A stretch of 64,000 bases of DNA from assembly GCA_905233975.1 (NCBI GenBank), contig CAJOGD010000005.1, forward strand, positions 10,362 to 74,361, given 5' to 3'. The stretch's first letter is position 1. The number at the start of each line of letters is the position of its first letter. Below are positions 1 through 9,148 of this stretch, piece by piece. Below the pieces are notes generated by a model, which did no database searches, was not told the origin of the DNA, and saw only the letters and a program-made list of their open reading frames with translations. The translations under genes and the position numbers were made by a program. Source of the DNA: an uncultured Alphaproteobacteria bacterium. GTDB lineage: Bacteria; Pseudomonadota; Alphaproteobacteria; Rs-D84.

Positions 1-15
1 TTGCCGCCTTCACGA

Positions 16-1078
<1,063 letters not shown>

Positions 1079-1164
1079 AAATTTTTCACCATACCGCCAA
1101 CAACTGGTTATTTTTTGCCATTATAACTTAAAAACTTGCAATTTCCAGTATAAAGATTATAATT

Positions 1165-1480
1165 GGTCCGTCACGAAAGTGATGATGATTCTGAACCCGA
1201 TGCGGAATAGTCGTTTTGGACCCGGGGGCGGTACCCGGCACCTCCACCAATAAAACATATGGGGGTGTCATAGTTTCGACAGACGCAATAAAGGCATATG
1301 GCTGAATCCGACATGGTTGTCGTAAAAGACCAATAAAAATATGAATGCGAACGATAATCCTCGTCCGCTTGCAATGGCCGCCTAATAAAGGATTGGACAC
1401 CGTTGGCGATTGTTGACTGTGTCTGTTTTGGCTTTTTGCGGGGTTCGCCCGGGTACCTGGCACCAGAAACCCGGCATTTA
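1165..1480 (+). ncRNA. ssrA: tmRNA (ssrA), two-piece / circularly permuted gene
   Basis: Tag reading frame GCG AAC GAT AAT CCT CGT CCG CTT GCA ATG GCC GCC TAA (ANDNPRPLAMAA*) at 1347-1385. The acceptor 3' strand CACCTCC-A-CCA at 1239-1249 lies 11 nt UPSTREAM of the 5' acceptor strand GGGGGTG (1261-1267); they pair 7/7 with the conserved G3:U70 wobble. A TTGCAA-N16-TATAAT promoter sits near 1136-1163. The T-loop is non-canonical and the ends are approximate. Confidence 0.6.
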
Positions 1481-1511
1481 GTAAAACAAACAAGAAAAAA
1501 AGGGTAAAAAA

Positions 1512-1745
1512 ATGTTAGGAAAACTGAAAAAAGTGTTCTTTGGTGGTATATTCTGTGCATTGTATGTTTCGTTCTTGGCACAGTTTGTTTATGTGTTGGG
1601 CTGGATTTCCATGGATGAAGGCAAATTGGCATTCTTGGCCGTATTGTCACTTGAATGGTTGGTTTTGATTGCCGCACGCTATTTATCACGTCGCAGCGGC
1701 GTTGCCCAGCAGAAACCGGGATTTGGTGGTGGTCGTCGTCGTTAA
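1512..1745 (+). CDS. small hydrophobic membrane protein (hypothetical)
   Basis: 77-aa ORF with an RBS-like AAAGGGTAAAAAAATG and two predicted TM helices. No family recognised. Confidence 0.3.
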   Translation: MLGKLKKVFFGGIFCALYVSFLAQFVYVLGWISMDEGKLAFLAVLSLEWLVLIAARYLSRRSGVAQQKPGFGGGRRR

Positions 1746-1840
1746 ACGCCTGCATCACACCATATAAAAAGTTCCCGATTTTTCGGGAATTTTTTATTAC
1801 CCTTGCAAACCGATAAAAATATCCTATACTTATAATCACT

Positions 1841-3598
1841 ATGAAAGAATATATTTTACCTTGTCGGGATTTGGTTGTGCACCCTGATATGACGGTGCCG
1901 CTTTATATTGATAACCCAATTTCCATTTCATGTATTGAAACGGCAACTGGCATGACCCAGCGGGTTGTGTTGGTTCCACAACACAGTGGTTCGTATCCCG
2001 CGGCGCCCGATGATATTTATGAATATGGAACCATTGGTGATATTGTTCAGATTTTGCGCATGCCGGACGGGTCTGTCCATTCAATCGTCCGCACCACAAA
2101 TGTTGTAAAGTTAAGTAATATAACGGTTGTTGATGGGGTTTTCTGTGCGGATACGGAAACCATTCCAATGGGCGACGATATTGCGGATGAACGCACAGTC
2201 CTTATGCGGGAAAATATTTTCGAAATTATTCAAAGCCTAACGACCTTTCGTAAGTTAAAGATTGATAAACTGCGTGGTGTGATTCAAAATTACCCAATGC
2301 CGGCGTTTATTGATTCCGTATTGCAAACAATGGATATTGATACGGATTCTGCAATTCGCGTGTTAACAACGCCGGGCTGGTATGACAAGATGGTCATGCT
2401 GTATGAAAAAATAAAACTTATCCAAGAAACGTCCAAAGTCGAAGATTCTATCAATCGACGCATCAGTCTTCAGATGGAACAAGGCCGGCGCGAGGCGATT
2501 TTGCAGGAAAAAATGCGTGCAATACAGAAAGAAATGGGCGAAGAGGACGGCGAAGATGATTCCATATCATTACGCAAAAAAATTGAAAAGTCCGCATTGC
2601 CGCGGGACGTCAAAGAAAAGGCCATGGCCGAATGGAAACGTATGCGCAATATGTCACCGATGTCAAACGAAGGCGGCCTTATTAAGACATATTTGGAAGA
2701 ATTACTTGCCATGCCATGGGATAAATCAGATACGCCGGCAATTGACCTGAACACCGCGCGTATGGTTTTGGACAGCGAACATTCCGGCATGCGCGGGGTC
2801 AAAGAACGTATTTTGGAACACATTGCCGTTATGAAGAAAACGGGTTCCACCAAGGGCAGTATTTTGTGCCTGGTTGGGGCACCCGGCGTGGGTAAAACGT
2901 CGCTTTGCAAATCTATTGCCGCGGCGCTTGGGCGGAAATACCACCGCATTTCACTTGGTGGCGTTTCGGACGAGGCGCATTTTAGGGGCCATCGCAAAAC
3001 CTATATCGGGGCGCAAACGGGGCGCATTATGGACGCGTTGAAACGTGCGCGGGTGAATAATCCGGTCATAGTTTTGGACGAAATCGATAAAATGGGACGC
3101 GATTGGCGCGGCGACCCGGAATCCGCACTTTTGGAAGTGTTGGACCCCGAACAGAACAAGGCCTTTCGCGATCATTACCTAGAGGTGGATTTTGATTTGT
3201 CGAACGTCCTGTTTATTGCGACCGCAAACAGTTTGAATATGTCAAGCGCACTGAAAGACCGCATGGAAATCATTGAAATTCCGGGATACAGCGAAGATGA
3301 CAAGGTGCAAATTGCGCGTGAACATTTAATCGCCCGCGCCGCCGCGGATACCGGTTGGTCGGTGGATAAAATAACAATTTCTGATGATGCAATTCGCCAT
3401 ATTATTCGGACATATACGGCCGAAGCGGGCGTGCGTCAGTTGCAGCGTGAAATTACCGCGCTGTTGCGTCGAACTCTGCTTGAAAACGATGGCGAAGACG
3501 CACCGACGGAGTTCACGACTGAAAAGATTGACGATTTATTGTCGTTGCATAAATCGGCCGGATTTTCAAAGCGTATTGGTTTCGGGGTCAGTATATAA
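1841..3598 (+). CDS. Lon-like AAA+ ATPase (Lon N-terminal domain + AAA+ module, no S16 protease domain)
   Basis: Lon substrate-binding N-domain followed by Walker A GAPGVGKTSL, Walker B VIVLDEIDKM and sensor regions. The ORF ends after the AAA+ alpha-helical subdomain, and tsaB starts 12 bp later, leaving no room for a peptidase domain. Confidence 0.75.
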   Translation: MKEYILPCRDLVVHPDMTVPLYIDNPISISCIETATGMTQRVVLVPQHSGSYPAAPDDIYEYGTIGDIVQILRMPDGSVHSIVRTTNVVKLSNITVVDGVFCADTETIPMGDDIADERTVLMRENIFEIIQSLTTFRKLKIDKLRGVIQNYPMPAFIDSVLQTMDIDTDSAIRVLTTPGWYDKMVMLYEKIKLIQETSKVEDSINRRISLQMEQGRREAILQEKMRAIQKEMGEEDGEDDSISLRKKIEKSALPRDVKEKAMAEWKRMRNMSPMSNEGGLIKTYLEELLAMPWDKSDTPAIDLNTARMVLDSEHSGMRGVKERILEHIAVMKKTGSTKGSILCLVGAPGVGKTSLCKSIAAALGRKYHRISLGGVSDEAHFRGHRKTYIGAQTGRIMDALKRARVNNPVIVLDEIDKMGRDWRGDPESALLEVLDPEQNKAFRDHYLEVDFDLSNVLFIATANSLNMSSALKDRMEIIEIPGYSEDDKVQIAREHLIARAAADTGWSVDKITISDDAIRHIIRTYTAEAGVRQLQREITALLRRTLLENDGEDAPTEFTTEKIDDLLSLHKSAGFSKRIGFGVSI

Positions 3599-3610
3599 GG
3601 GGATTCGCGC

Positions 3611-4150
3611 ATGATATTGATTATAAACACTTCTGGCACCGGGTTGGAATTTGTTTTGGACGAACATTACAAATCTTTGAATTTGGAAAAGCAATCGATT
3701 GCCCTGCCCGCGGAAACGGAAAACTTTTTGTCCGAATGCGGCGCAACGTGGCGCGACATAACCGCAATTGGTGTTGTTGTCGGCCCGGGCAGTTTCACCG
3801 GAATCCGCATGGGAATCGCCTATGCCAAGGGGATTGCGATGGGGTTGAATATCCCCGTTGTTGGAATCAGCGCGTTTGATTTATATTTGGCTGCCACGCC
3901 CGATGCGTTTGTGGCGATTGATTCCGGTCGCGGCGATTTCTTTGTCGCGTCGCCCCAACATGCGCCATGCACCATGTCAATCGAACAGGTGGAATCCGAA
4001 CAAATGAAATGCCCGCGCACCGTTGGTCACAAACCCTTTGATTTAAAGTCGGGCGTTGACATAGTTCGTAAAAAATTGACGGACGGGAATATTGAACCGG
4101 TTGTGCCAATGTACCTGCGCCCAAGTTATGCCGAAGAAAATGCTAAATAA
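3611..4150 (+). CDS. tsaB: tRNA threonylcarbamoyladenosine biosynthesis protein TsaB (YeaZ family)
   Basis: GPGSFTGIRMGIAYAKGIAMGLNIPVVGIS motif of the inactive Kae1/TsaD paralogue. Typical tsaB-rimI arrangement. Confidence 0.75.
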   Translation: MILIINTSGTGLEFVLDEHYKSLNLEKQSIALPAETENFLSECGATWRDITAIGVVVGPGSFTGIRMGIAYAKGIAMGLNIPVVGISAFDLYLAATPDAFVAIDSGRGDFFVASPQHAPCTMSIEQVESEQMKCPRTVGHKPFDLKSGVDIVRKKLTDGNIEPVVPMYLRPSYAEENAK

Positions 4151-4526
4151 ACTTGCCGAACTTCATAAACTTTGCTTTCCGCACAAGCCTTGGACGGCGG
4201 GCGATTTTGCCGACCTGAAAAAATCCGGCTGTGAAATCGTAGCATCTGAAAATGGATTTATCGTTTGGCGCACCGTCGCGGACGAGGCAGAGATTATAAC
4301 CGTCGGCGTTCACCCCGATGCACGCGGCGCGGGAATCGCGATTGCCATGTTGGGGCTTTTGGAATTTGAGGTTAAAAAGGCCGGTGCAAAAAAAATATTC
4401 CTGGAGGTATCGGCGGAAAACGCGCCCGCAATCGCACTTTATAAGAAATGCGGATTTATCCCAAACGGCCGCCGCCCGAAATACTATGACGGCATAGATG
4501 CAATTTTGATGCAAAAAGAAATCTAG
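4140..4526 (+). CDS. rimI: ribosomal-protein-alanine N-acetyltransferase RimI-like (GNAT)
   Basis: GNAT acetyl-CoA binding motif (VHPDARGAGIAIAMLG ... ALYKKCGF). Overlaps the tsaB stop. Start chosen at MLNKLAEL; the ORF-track start at 4092 is also possible. Confidence 0.7.
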   Translation: MLNKLAELHKLCFPHKPWTAGDFADLKKSGCEIVASENGFIVWRTVADEAEIITVGVHPDARGAGIAIAMLGLLEFEVKKAGAKKIFLEVSAENAPAIALYKKCGFIPNGRRPKYYDGIDAILMQKEI

Positions 4527-5800
4527 TCCCCGTTCACAAATTCCAACACACGCGGATCGAATATAACATCGCGGGCCGACAATGGGCGCGCAATATGCAT
4601 ATCGCCGGCCGTCCGCGTGCGCGACAGCGCGACATAGGTCTGGCCATGTTCAAACGCGCCACGCGAAATATCAACAATTACGGCGTCCAGTGTTTTGCCC
4701 TGGGCCTTGTGTATCGTCATGGCATAGCCCAGCATTAGTGGAAACTGTTTGTACGCGCCGGTTTCGTTTTCGACGAGGCGGTCGTTTTCATCGCGCGTGT
4801 ATTCAATCTTTTGCCATTTTTCGGGCCGCACCAGAACGACATCGCGGTTCGGATTCAACAGTTCCACCGTAATATCGCGCGCGCCCAGGGCCCGCACCAC
4901 GCCCATCGACCCATTGTGCCATTTGTCGCCGTTTTTGACAAAGACCACCAACGCCCCGACCTTTAGTTCCAAATTCATCGGCGCCGGCACATCACGTTCG
5001 GCAAAGTTCCCCGACAATTGCCCCGCATATCGCACCAGTGGCGCACCAATCGCATTTAATCTTTCGGCGTTTATCCGTTCGGCAACCGCGCGAAAGGGCG
5101 TAATTATAACGGCATTGTCGCGACGCGCCGTATCATCAATTTTGCAAGTGTTAAAAAACGAAAGCGCGCCAACATCGCCCGCGCGTAACGCATTCAGGTT
5201 CGTTAGCAATCCCGTATCATTTTGCCGATATACCAAATCAAAATTAAACCGCATAAATTTTGCGCGCCGATACACATTGCTATCAAAGAAATACGCGCGT
5301 TCATGTTCGTACGCCTGTTTAAAATACGGGCCCGCGTCACGCGTTATGACCGGCGGCAATTGAAACAGGTCGCCAATCGCCACAACCTGAATCCCGCCGA
5401 ATGGTTCGTTGCTGCGCCGCGCAGATCGCGCCAAAACATCCATCGCGTCCATCACGTCGGGCGAAATCATCGATACTTCATCAAGGACCAAAATATCGGT
5501 TGCGGTTAAAATGTTGCGCACCCGCGCCTTTAGTTTCAAAAATTCCGGGAACACAAAGTCGCGTGGTTGAATTTGAAACAATGAATGTATCGTTTGCCCA
5601 CCGATGTTAAGTGCCGCCACCGCCGTCGGACATGCACAGATAACACGTTTCTTACTTGCGGATTTTAAGTAATTAACAAAAGTGGATTTTCCTGTTCCGG
5701 CACTGCCCAAAATTAACACATTTTGATTTGTGTTTTCAATGGTGTCAAAGGCGATTTTTTGTTCGTCACTTAAAATTTTAACGATTTCCGACATGCGCAC
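4523..5800 (-). CDS. RecD/Pif1-like ATP-dependent DNA helicase (SF1)
   Basis: Walker A GSAGTGKST, Walker B VLDEVSMI and conserved SF1B C-terminal motifs (TIHKAQGKT, VALSRTR). Confidence 0.75.
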   Translation of the reverse strand: MRMSEIVKILSDEQKIAFDTIENTNQNVLILGSAGTGKSTFVNYLKSASKKRVICACPTAVAALNIGGQTIHSLFQIQPRDFVFPEFLKLKARVRNILTATDILVLDEVSMISPDVMDAMDVLARSARRSNEPFGGIQVVAIGDLFQLPPVITRDAGPYFKQAYEHERAYFFDSNVYRRAKFMRFNFDLVYRQNDTGLLTNLNALRAGDVGALSFFNTCKIDDTARRDNAVIITPFRAVAERINAERLNAIGAPLVRYAGQLSGNFAERDVPAPMNLELKVGALVVFVKNGDKWHNGSMGVVRALGARDITVELLNPNRDVVLVRPEKWQKIEYTRDENDRLVENETGAYKQFPLMLGYAMTIHKAQGKTLDAVIVDISRGAFEHGQTYVALSRTRTAGDMHIARPLSARDVIFDPRVLEFVNGD

Positions 5801-5868
5801 ATTTTGGCATAACGAATATCAAAAATAAAGGGAAAAAGACGGATTTATATTGTCTTTTTGGCACAGGT

Positions 5869-7092
5869 GTGATAAAATTCTCATACATGAGAGGGAATTT
5901 TTGCCACCGATTAACAAAGAAAGAATGGATAATAACCGCTTTTGCGGTATTTCATACTGTTTCTAATCTGTTTCTTGGAACATTTGTTGTGTCTTTTTTA
6001 ATGCATAACACAATCAATGAAATTGTGTCTATATCGACATATCGTTTTTTCGAAATCTTGGCGATATGTCTAACATTTGTTATAACGGCAAATTGGTGCA
6101 AAAACGGTAACAGAACGGTACTTTTCGGAATGAACATTGTCGCCCGGATTATTTTGATGGGTCTGATTGCCATACTTGGGTCGAATGCGGCGGGATGGCT
6201 TGTTGTGTTGGGGATTCTTTACGGTATTTTCGAAGGTTTTTATAATTTGCCGATGCACGCCATCACAATTGAAAATGTTTGTGCCAAAAGAATGGTATTC
6301 TTTGTCGGCACCAAAGAAGCGATAGTGCATACATTCAAAATCTTGGTGCCCGTCACATTGGGAACAATGCTGACCACTACATCGTTGCAAGGTGTCGCAT
6401 GGGCCATCATGGTTATGGCTGTTATGGAATTTTTTATGCTATTTTTATTGCCACCGTGCCGAAATCCAAAACACCAGCCAATAGATTTTATCGGTTTTTA
6501 TAATCACCTAAAGGGAACACCGGTGTTGCGTAAGATATTTCTTTCGGAATTGTTACGCGGTTTTGCATGGATATTGGAAACGGTCGTGGTTATGTATATT
6601 GTCGATGCGTTTCATACAGACATGAATCTTGGGATATGGTCAACGATTTTTGCAATCTGTACAATTGTGGCATCATGGGCATTTGGGCGTTTTTGTTCCA
6701 ATCGGGATTTCAGGTGGATTGTGTTATCTTGCTCTGTATTATTGGCGTTTTCGGCGGCCGCGTTGATAATCGGGGTAAACCGTTTTAGCATATTGCTTTA
6801 TTCTTTCGCCTATGCGGTCGGCATTGTCACCACAACTAAAATCTGTGGCACCAACATTTTAAATGTCGGGCAATCACGGTTCGTCACAAAAAATATCCGC
6901 ATAGAATACTTGGTTATGCGTGATGTTGTTTTGTTCTTTGGTCGTTGGGCGGGTTGCCTGTGTTTAATGTATATCGGCGCGTTCAATTTACATGGCGCCT
7001 TGCAGTATCTTATTGCAATATTATTCTTGTCACATATTTTGGCGTGCGTGATATCCGTAAGGCAAACAAGATACCTTAGTGGAAAGCGCTAG
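5869..7092 (+). CDS. polytopic membrane transporter (MFS-like)
   Basis: About 12 predicted TM helices with no soluble domains. The start codon is uncertain. Confidence 0.45.
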   Translation: MIKFSYMRGNFCHRLTKKEWIITAFAVFHTVSNLFLGTFVVSFLMHNTINEIVSISTYRFFEILAICLTFVITANWCKNGNRTVLFGMNIVARIILMGLIAILGSNAAGWLVVLGILYGIFEGFYNLPMHAITIENVCAKRMVFFVGTKEAIVHTFKILVPVTLGTMLTTTSLQGVAWAIMVMAVMEFFMLFLLPPCRNPKHQPIDFIGFYNHLKGTPVLRKIFLSELLRGFAWILETVVVMYIVDAFHTDMNLGIWSTIFAICTIVASWAFGRFCSNRDFRWIVLSCSVLLAFSAAALIIGVNRFSILLYSFAYAVGIVTTTKICGTNILNVGQSRFVTKNIRIEYLVMRDVVLFFGRWAGCLCLMYIGAFNLHGALQYLIAILFLSHILACVISVRQTRYLSGKR

Positions 7093-7178
7093 TCTGTTAC
7101 GACCGCGGCGCGGCATACCGCGACGGGTGGTTAGTAGCATTTGGAATCGGCTTGTAATTGTGAGATTATTCAAAAATT

Positions 7179-7214
7179 CACTAACCACTTACACTAATCA
7201 CTTACACTAATCAC
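7179..7214. repeat. CACTAAC heptamer array
   Basis: cactaaccacttacactaatcacttacactaatcac, in inverted orientation relative to the array at 7450-7481. Confidence 0.8.
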
Positions 7215-7218
7215 TTTT

Positions 7219-7251
7219 TCACTTGTTTTTTATTTTCGTTTTCTGATATAC
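7219..7251 (+). promoter_or_regulatory. sigma70-like promoter candidate (TTGTTT-N18-TATACT)
   Basis: Read directly from the sequence. Points toward the paralogue-1 gene. Confidence 0.3.
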
Positions 7252-7449
7252 TAATTTTGTCGGTGGGTGTTCCGCCGATGGGGATTCAAGACCCGATCAT
7301 AGGTTGTCCAAGGGACATAAAAAAACTCCAACCCGCACAGAGGTTGGAGGGATGCGAATAATGTAGGGCATTCGCCCATGCAAAATAAGCACGCAATCCC
7401 TATGAATTGTCTTGAACCTCCAACCACACGTTTTCGGTGGTGTTTTTTG

Positions 7450-7481
7450 CTAGTGTTAGTGTAAGTGGCTAGTGGTTAGTG
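7450..7481. repeat. TTAGTG heptamer array
   Basis: ctagtgttagtgtaagtggctagtggttagtg directly 5' of the RBS of paralogue 1. Confidence 0.8.
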
Positions 7482-7503
7482 AAAGAAAAAAGGGAGAGTC
7501 AAA

Positions 7504-8643
7504 ATGCAATTAAAAAAGTTTTTGTTATTCGGGTTGATGGCGGCGGTGTTGCCGGCGGTGGCCGAAGAAGCCGCGGACCGGAAAACAGCAACGTCGTTAA
7601 AATACGTCACACACGAATTGGAAACACGACAAAATAAATTTACCGCGGAACAAAACAAAGCCATGGAATACACAAATTCGGCCGGCATGGTGCAAAAACG
7701 CGCCGTCACATCGGATTTGGATAATGGCGGGACCGAATCGCTGCCCATGGTTGGTGGCGTTAATACAAAATTAAATCAAAAACAGGACGACATCGCCGCC
7801 GTCAACGATCACACTGCGGTCACATACACCGGAACGGCCGGGACAATCGGGGAAAAGGGTATTTACCAAACAACCGAATCGTATGCCGCCCAATCGGATA
7901 ACCTGATTGACGCGAAAACATTTAACGCCGCATTAAAGAACGGACTTGATAACGAATTCAAATGCAGGGATTATAAACCAGATACAGACCTTTGTTGGGT
8001 TTATTCGATTCATAATCCAACAACGGATAACACACTTTTGCCGCCCGGATATACCCCATTGGAATGGATTGAATCCGACGGGCATCAATATATTGATACG
8101 GGTTTAACATCTTTCAAAAACACAGATGTATTAAAAATGAAAATCCGGCCAACCAATGTGACCAGCACAACATTCCTTGCTTTTCAAAATCCAACCTCAG
8201 GCTTAGAACAGCAGGGTTTATTTTTGGCTGAATCTATGCTGAATTATCAATATGGGACGGCGCCCAGACTGAGAGCTCCGGTTGCCGTAAATACAGATTA
8301 TACAATAGAGGCAACCAATGGCAGACTGAAAGTCAACGAGACCACACGAACCGGCGAATTATATCCAGAATTCACAATAAATTATAACCTGCTTATTGGT
8401 ACGGCCGCGACCAGTAGCACACCGGAATCACGCATGTATTCTGGACGGATATATTATTTCCGATATGAAGATAAAAATGGCAATATACTGTTCAATGGCA
8501 TTCCCGCCAAGAACAGCGCCGACAAAGTTGGCGTGTACGATATGGTGTCGGGGCAATTCTTCCCGAGTATTCCGGCAAACACGAACTTCGCCGCCGGTCC
8601 AGAGTCAAATGATACTAACATTTATATTCCCCAGAATCAATAA
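7504..8643 (+). CDS. secreted variable-C-terminus protein, paralogue 1 (lectin/fibre-like?)
   Basis: Signal peptide MQLKKFLLFGLMAAVLPAVA. An N-terminal ~200 aa is ~85% identical to the ORFs at 26431 and 43634(-); the C-terminal half is divergent but ends in the invariant YIPQNQ. Contains the motif GYTPLEWIESDGHQYIDTG. Confidence 0.85.
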   Translation: MQLKKFLLFGLMAAVLPAVAEEAADRKTATSLKYVTHELETRQNKFTAEQNKAMEYTNSAGMVQKRAVTSDLDNGGTESLPMVGGVNTKLNQKQDDIAAVNDHTAVTYTGTAGTIGEKGIYQTTESYAAQSDNLIDAKTFNAALKNGLDNEFKCRDYKPDTDLCWVYSIHNPTTDNTLLPPGYTPLEWIESDGHQYIDTGLTSFKNTDVLKMKIRPTNVTSTTFLAFQNPTSGLEQQGLFLAESMLNYQYGTAPRLRAPVAVNTDYTIEATNGRLKVNETTRTGELYPEFTINYNLLIGTAATSSTPESRMYSGRIYYFRYEDKNGNILFNGIPAKNSADKVGVYDMVSGQFFPSIPANTNFAAGPESNDTNIYIPQNQ

Positions 8644-8767
8644 CGTCATACCGCCGCAAGGCGGTATCTTCTTATTACCGCCGCGGGCCGAAACTCCCCT
8701 TTCCATTGGAAAGGGGAGTTTGCTCTCTACAGGCCTGGGGAGATACCGGCTTGCGCCGGTATGACGA
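8644..8767. repeat. composite REP-like palindromic elements
   Basis: gtcataccgccgcaaggcggtatc hairpin, AAACTCCCCTTTCC-att-GGAAAGGGGAGTTT hairpin, and gagataccggcttgcgccggtatgac hairpin. Confidence 0.8.
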
Positions 8768-8796
8768 CACTAATCACCTACACTAACACTAACCAC
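8768..8796. repeat. CACTAAC heptamer array
   Basis: cactaatcacctacactaacactaaccac followed by ttttttacttg, the same 3' context as at 7215. Confidence 0.8.
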
Positions 8797-8842
8797 TTTT
8801 TTACTTGCAACGGGGAAAGAACTATGTAATAATGCGCGCGTT

Positions 8843-8919
8843 GGGTCATTAGCTCAGTTGGTTAGAGCGGAGCGCTCATAACGCTTTGGTCGTGGGTTCG
8901 AGTCCTACATGACCCACCA
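8843..8919 (+). tRNA. tRNA-Met (CAT), elongator-type, or tRNA-Ile2 (lysidine)
   Basis: Cloverleaf GGGTCAT/ATGACCC acceptor with G1:C72, D-arm GCTCAGTTGGTTAGAGC, anticodon loop CT-CAT-AA, T-arm GTGGGTTCGAGTCCTAC, encoded CCA. Confidence 0.85.
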
Positions 8920-8951
8920 TCTTGATTTCTCAATTATAATTGAAAAATCGT

Positions 8952-8981
8952 CCACGCCGTTTTCGAACGGCGTGGTTTTTT
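8952..8981 (+). terminator. rho-independent terminator of the tRNA
   Basis: ccacgccgttttcgaacggcgtgg followed by tttttt. Confidence 0.7.
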
Positions 8982-9003
8982 GGTGCACTGGTAAAGGCCA
9001 ATT

Positions 9004-9045
9004 CTCTACAAGCCCGGGGAGATACCGGATTCCGCGGCATGACGG
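9004..9045. repeat. REP-like element (ctctaca...gagataccgg...catgacgg type)
   Basis: Related to 8719-8762 and to the reverse complement of 34071-34110. Confidence 0.7.
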
Positions 9046-9148
9046 AACTTTTTACAAGAAAATAAAAATTTAAGAAAAATTGCCGTTATTTTCTCTTGCC
9101 TTAAATTTTCGTTTTTTCTAACATGGAATTAAATGAAAGGGAGAAATT

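Noticed and set aside
1128-1839. Two overlapping minus-strand ORFs (121 and 222 aa)
   Set aside because: They overlie the ssrA (tmRNA) locus and its promoter and terminator region. The composition is non-coding-like, and the plus strand carries a clear tmRNA tag frame and acceptor stem.
7476-7748. Antisense ORFs across the 5' ends of the three paralogues (7476-7748-, 26340-26537-, 44703-45104+), which are conserved among themselves
   Set aside because: Their conservation is only a mirror of the conserved sense-strand N-terminal coding sequence. They overlap the signal-peptide region and have no start context.
7504-8643. Diversity-generating retroelement (DGR) targeting the variable C-termini
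   Set aside because: No reverse transcriptase or template repeat occurs in the window, and the C-terminal halves differ globally rather than at adenine-specific positions. Paralogue exchange fits better than mutagenic retrohoming.
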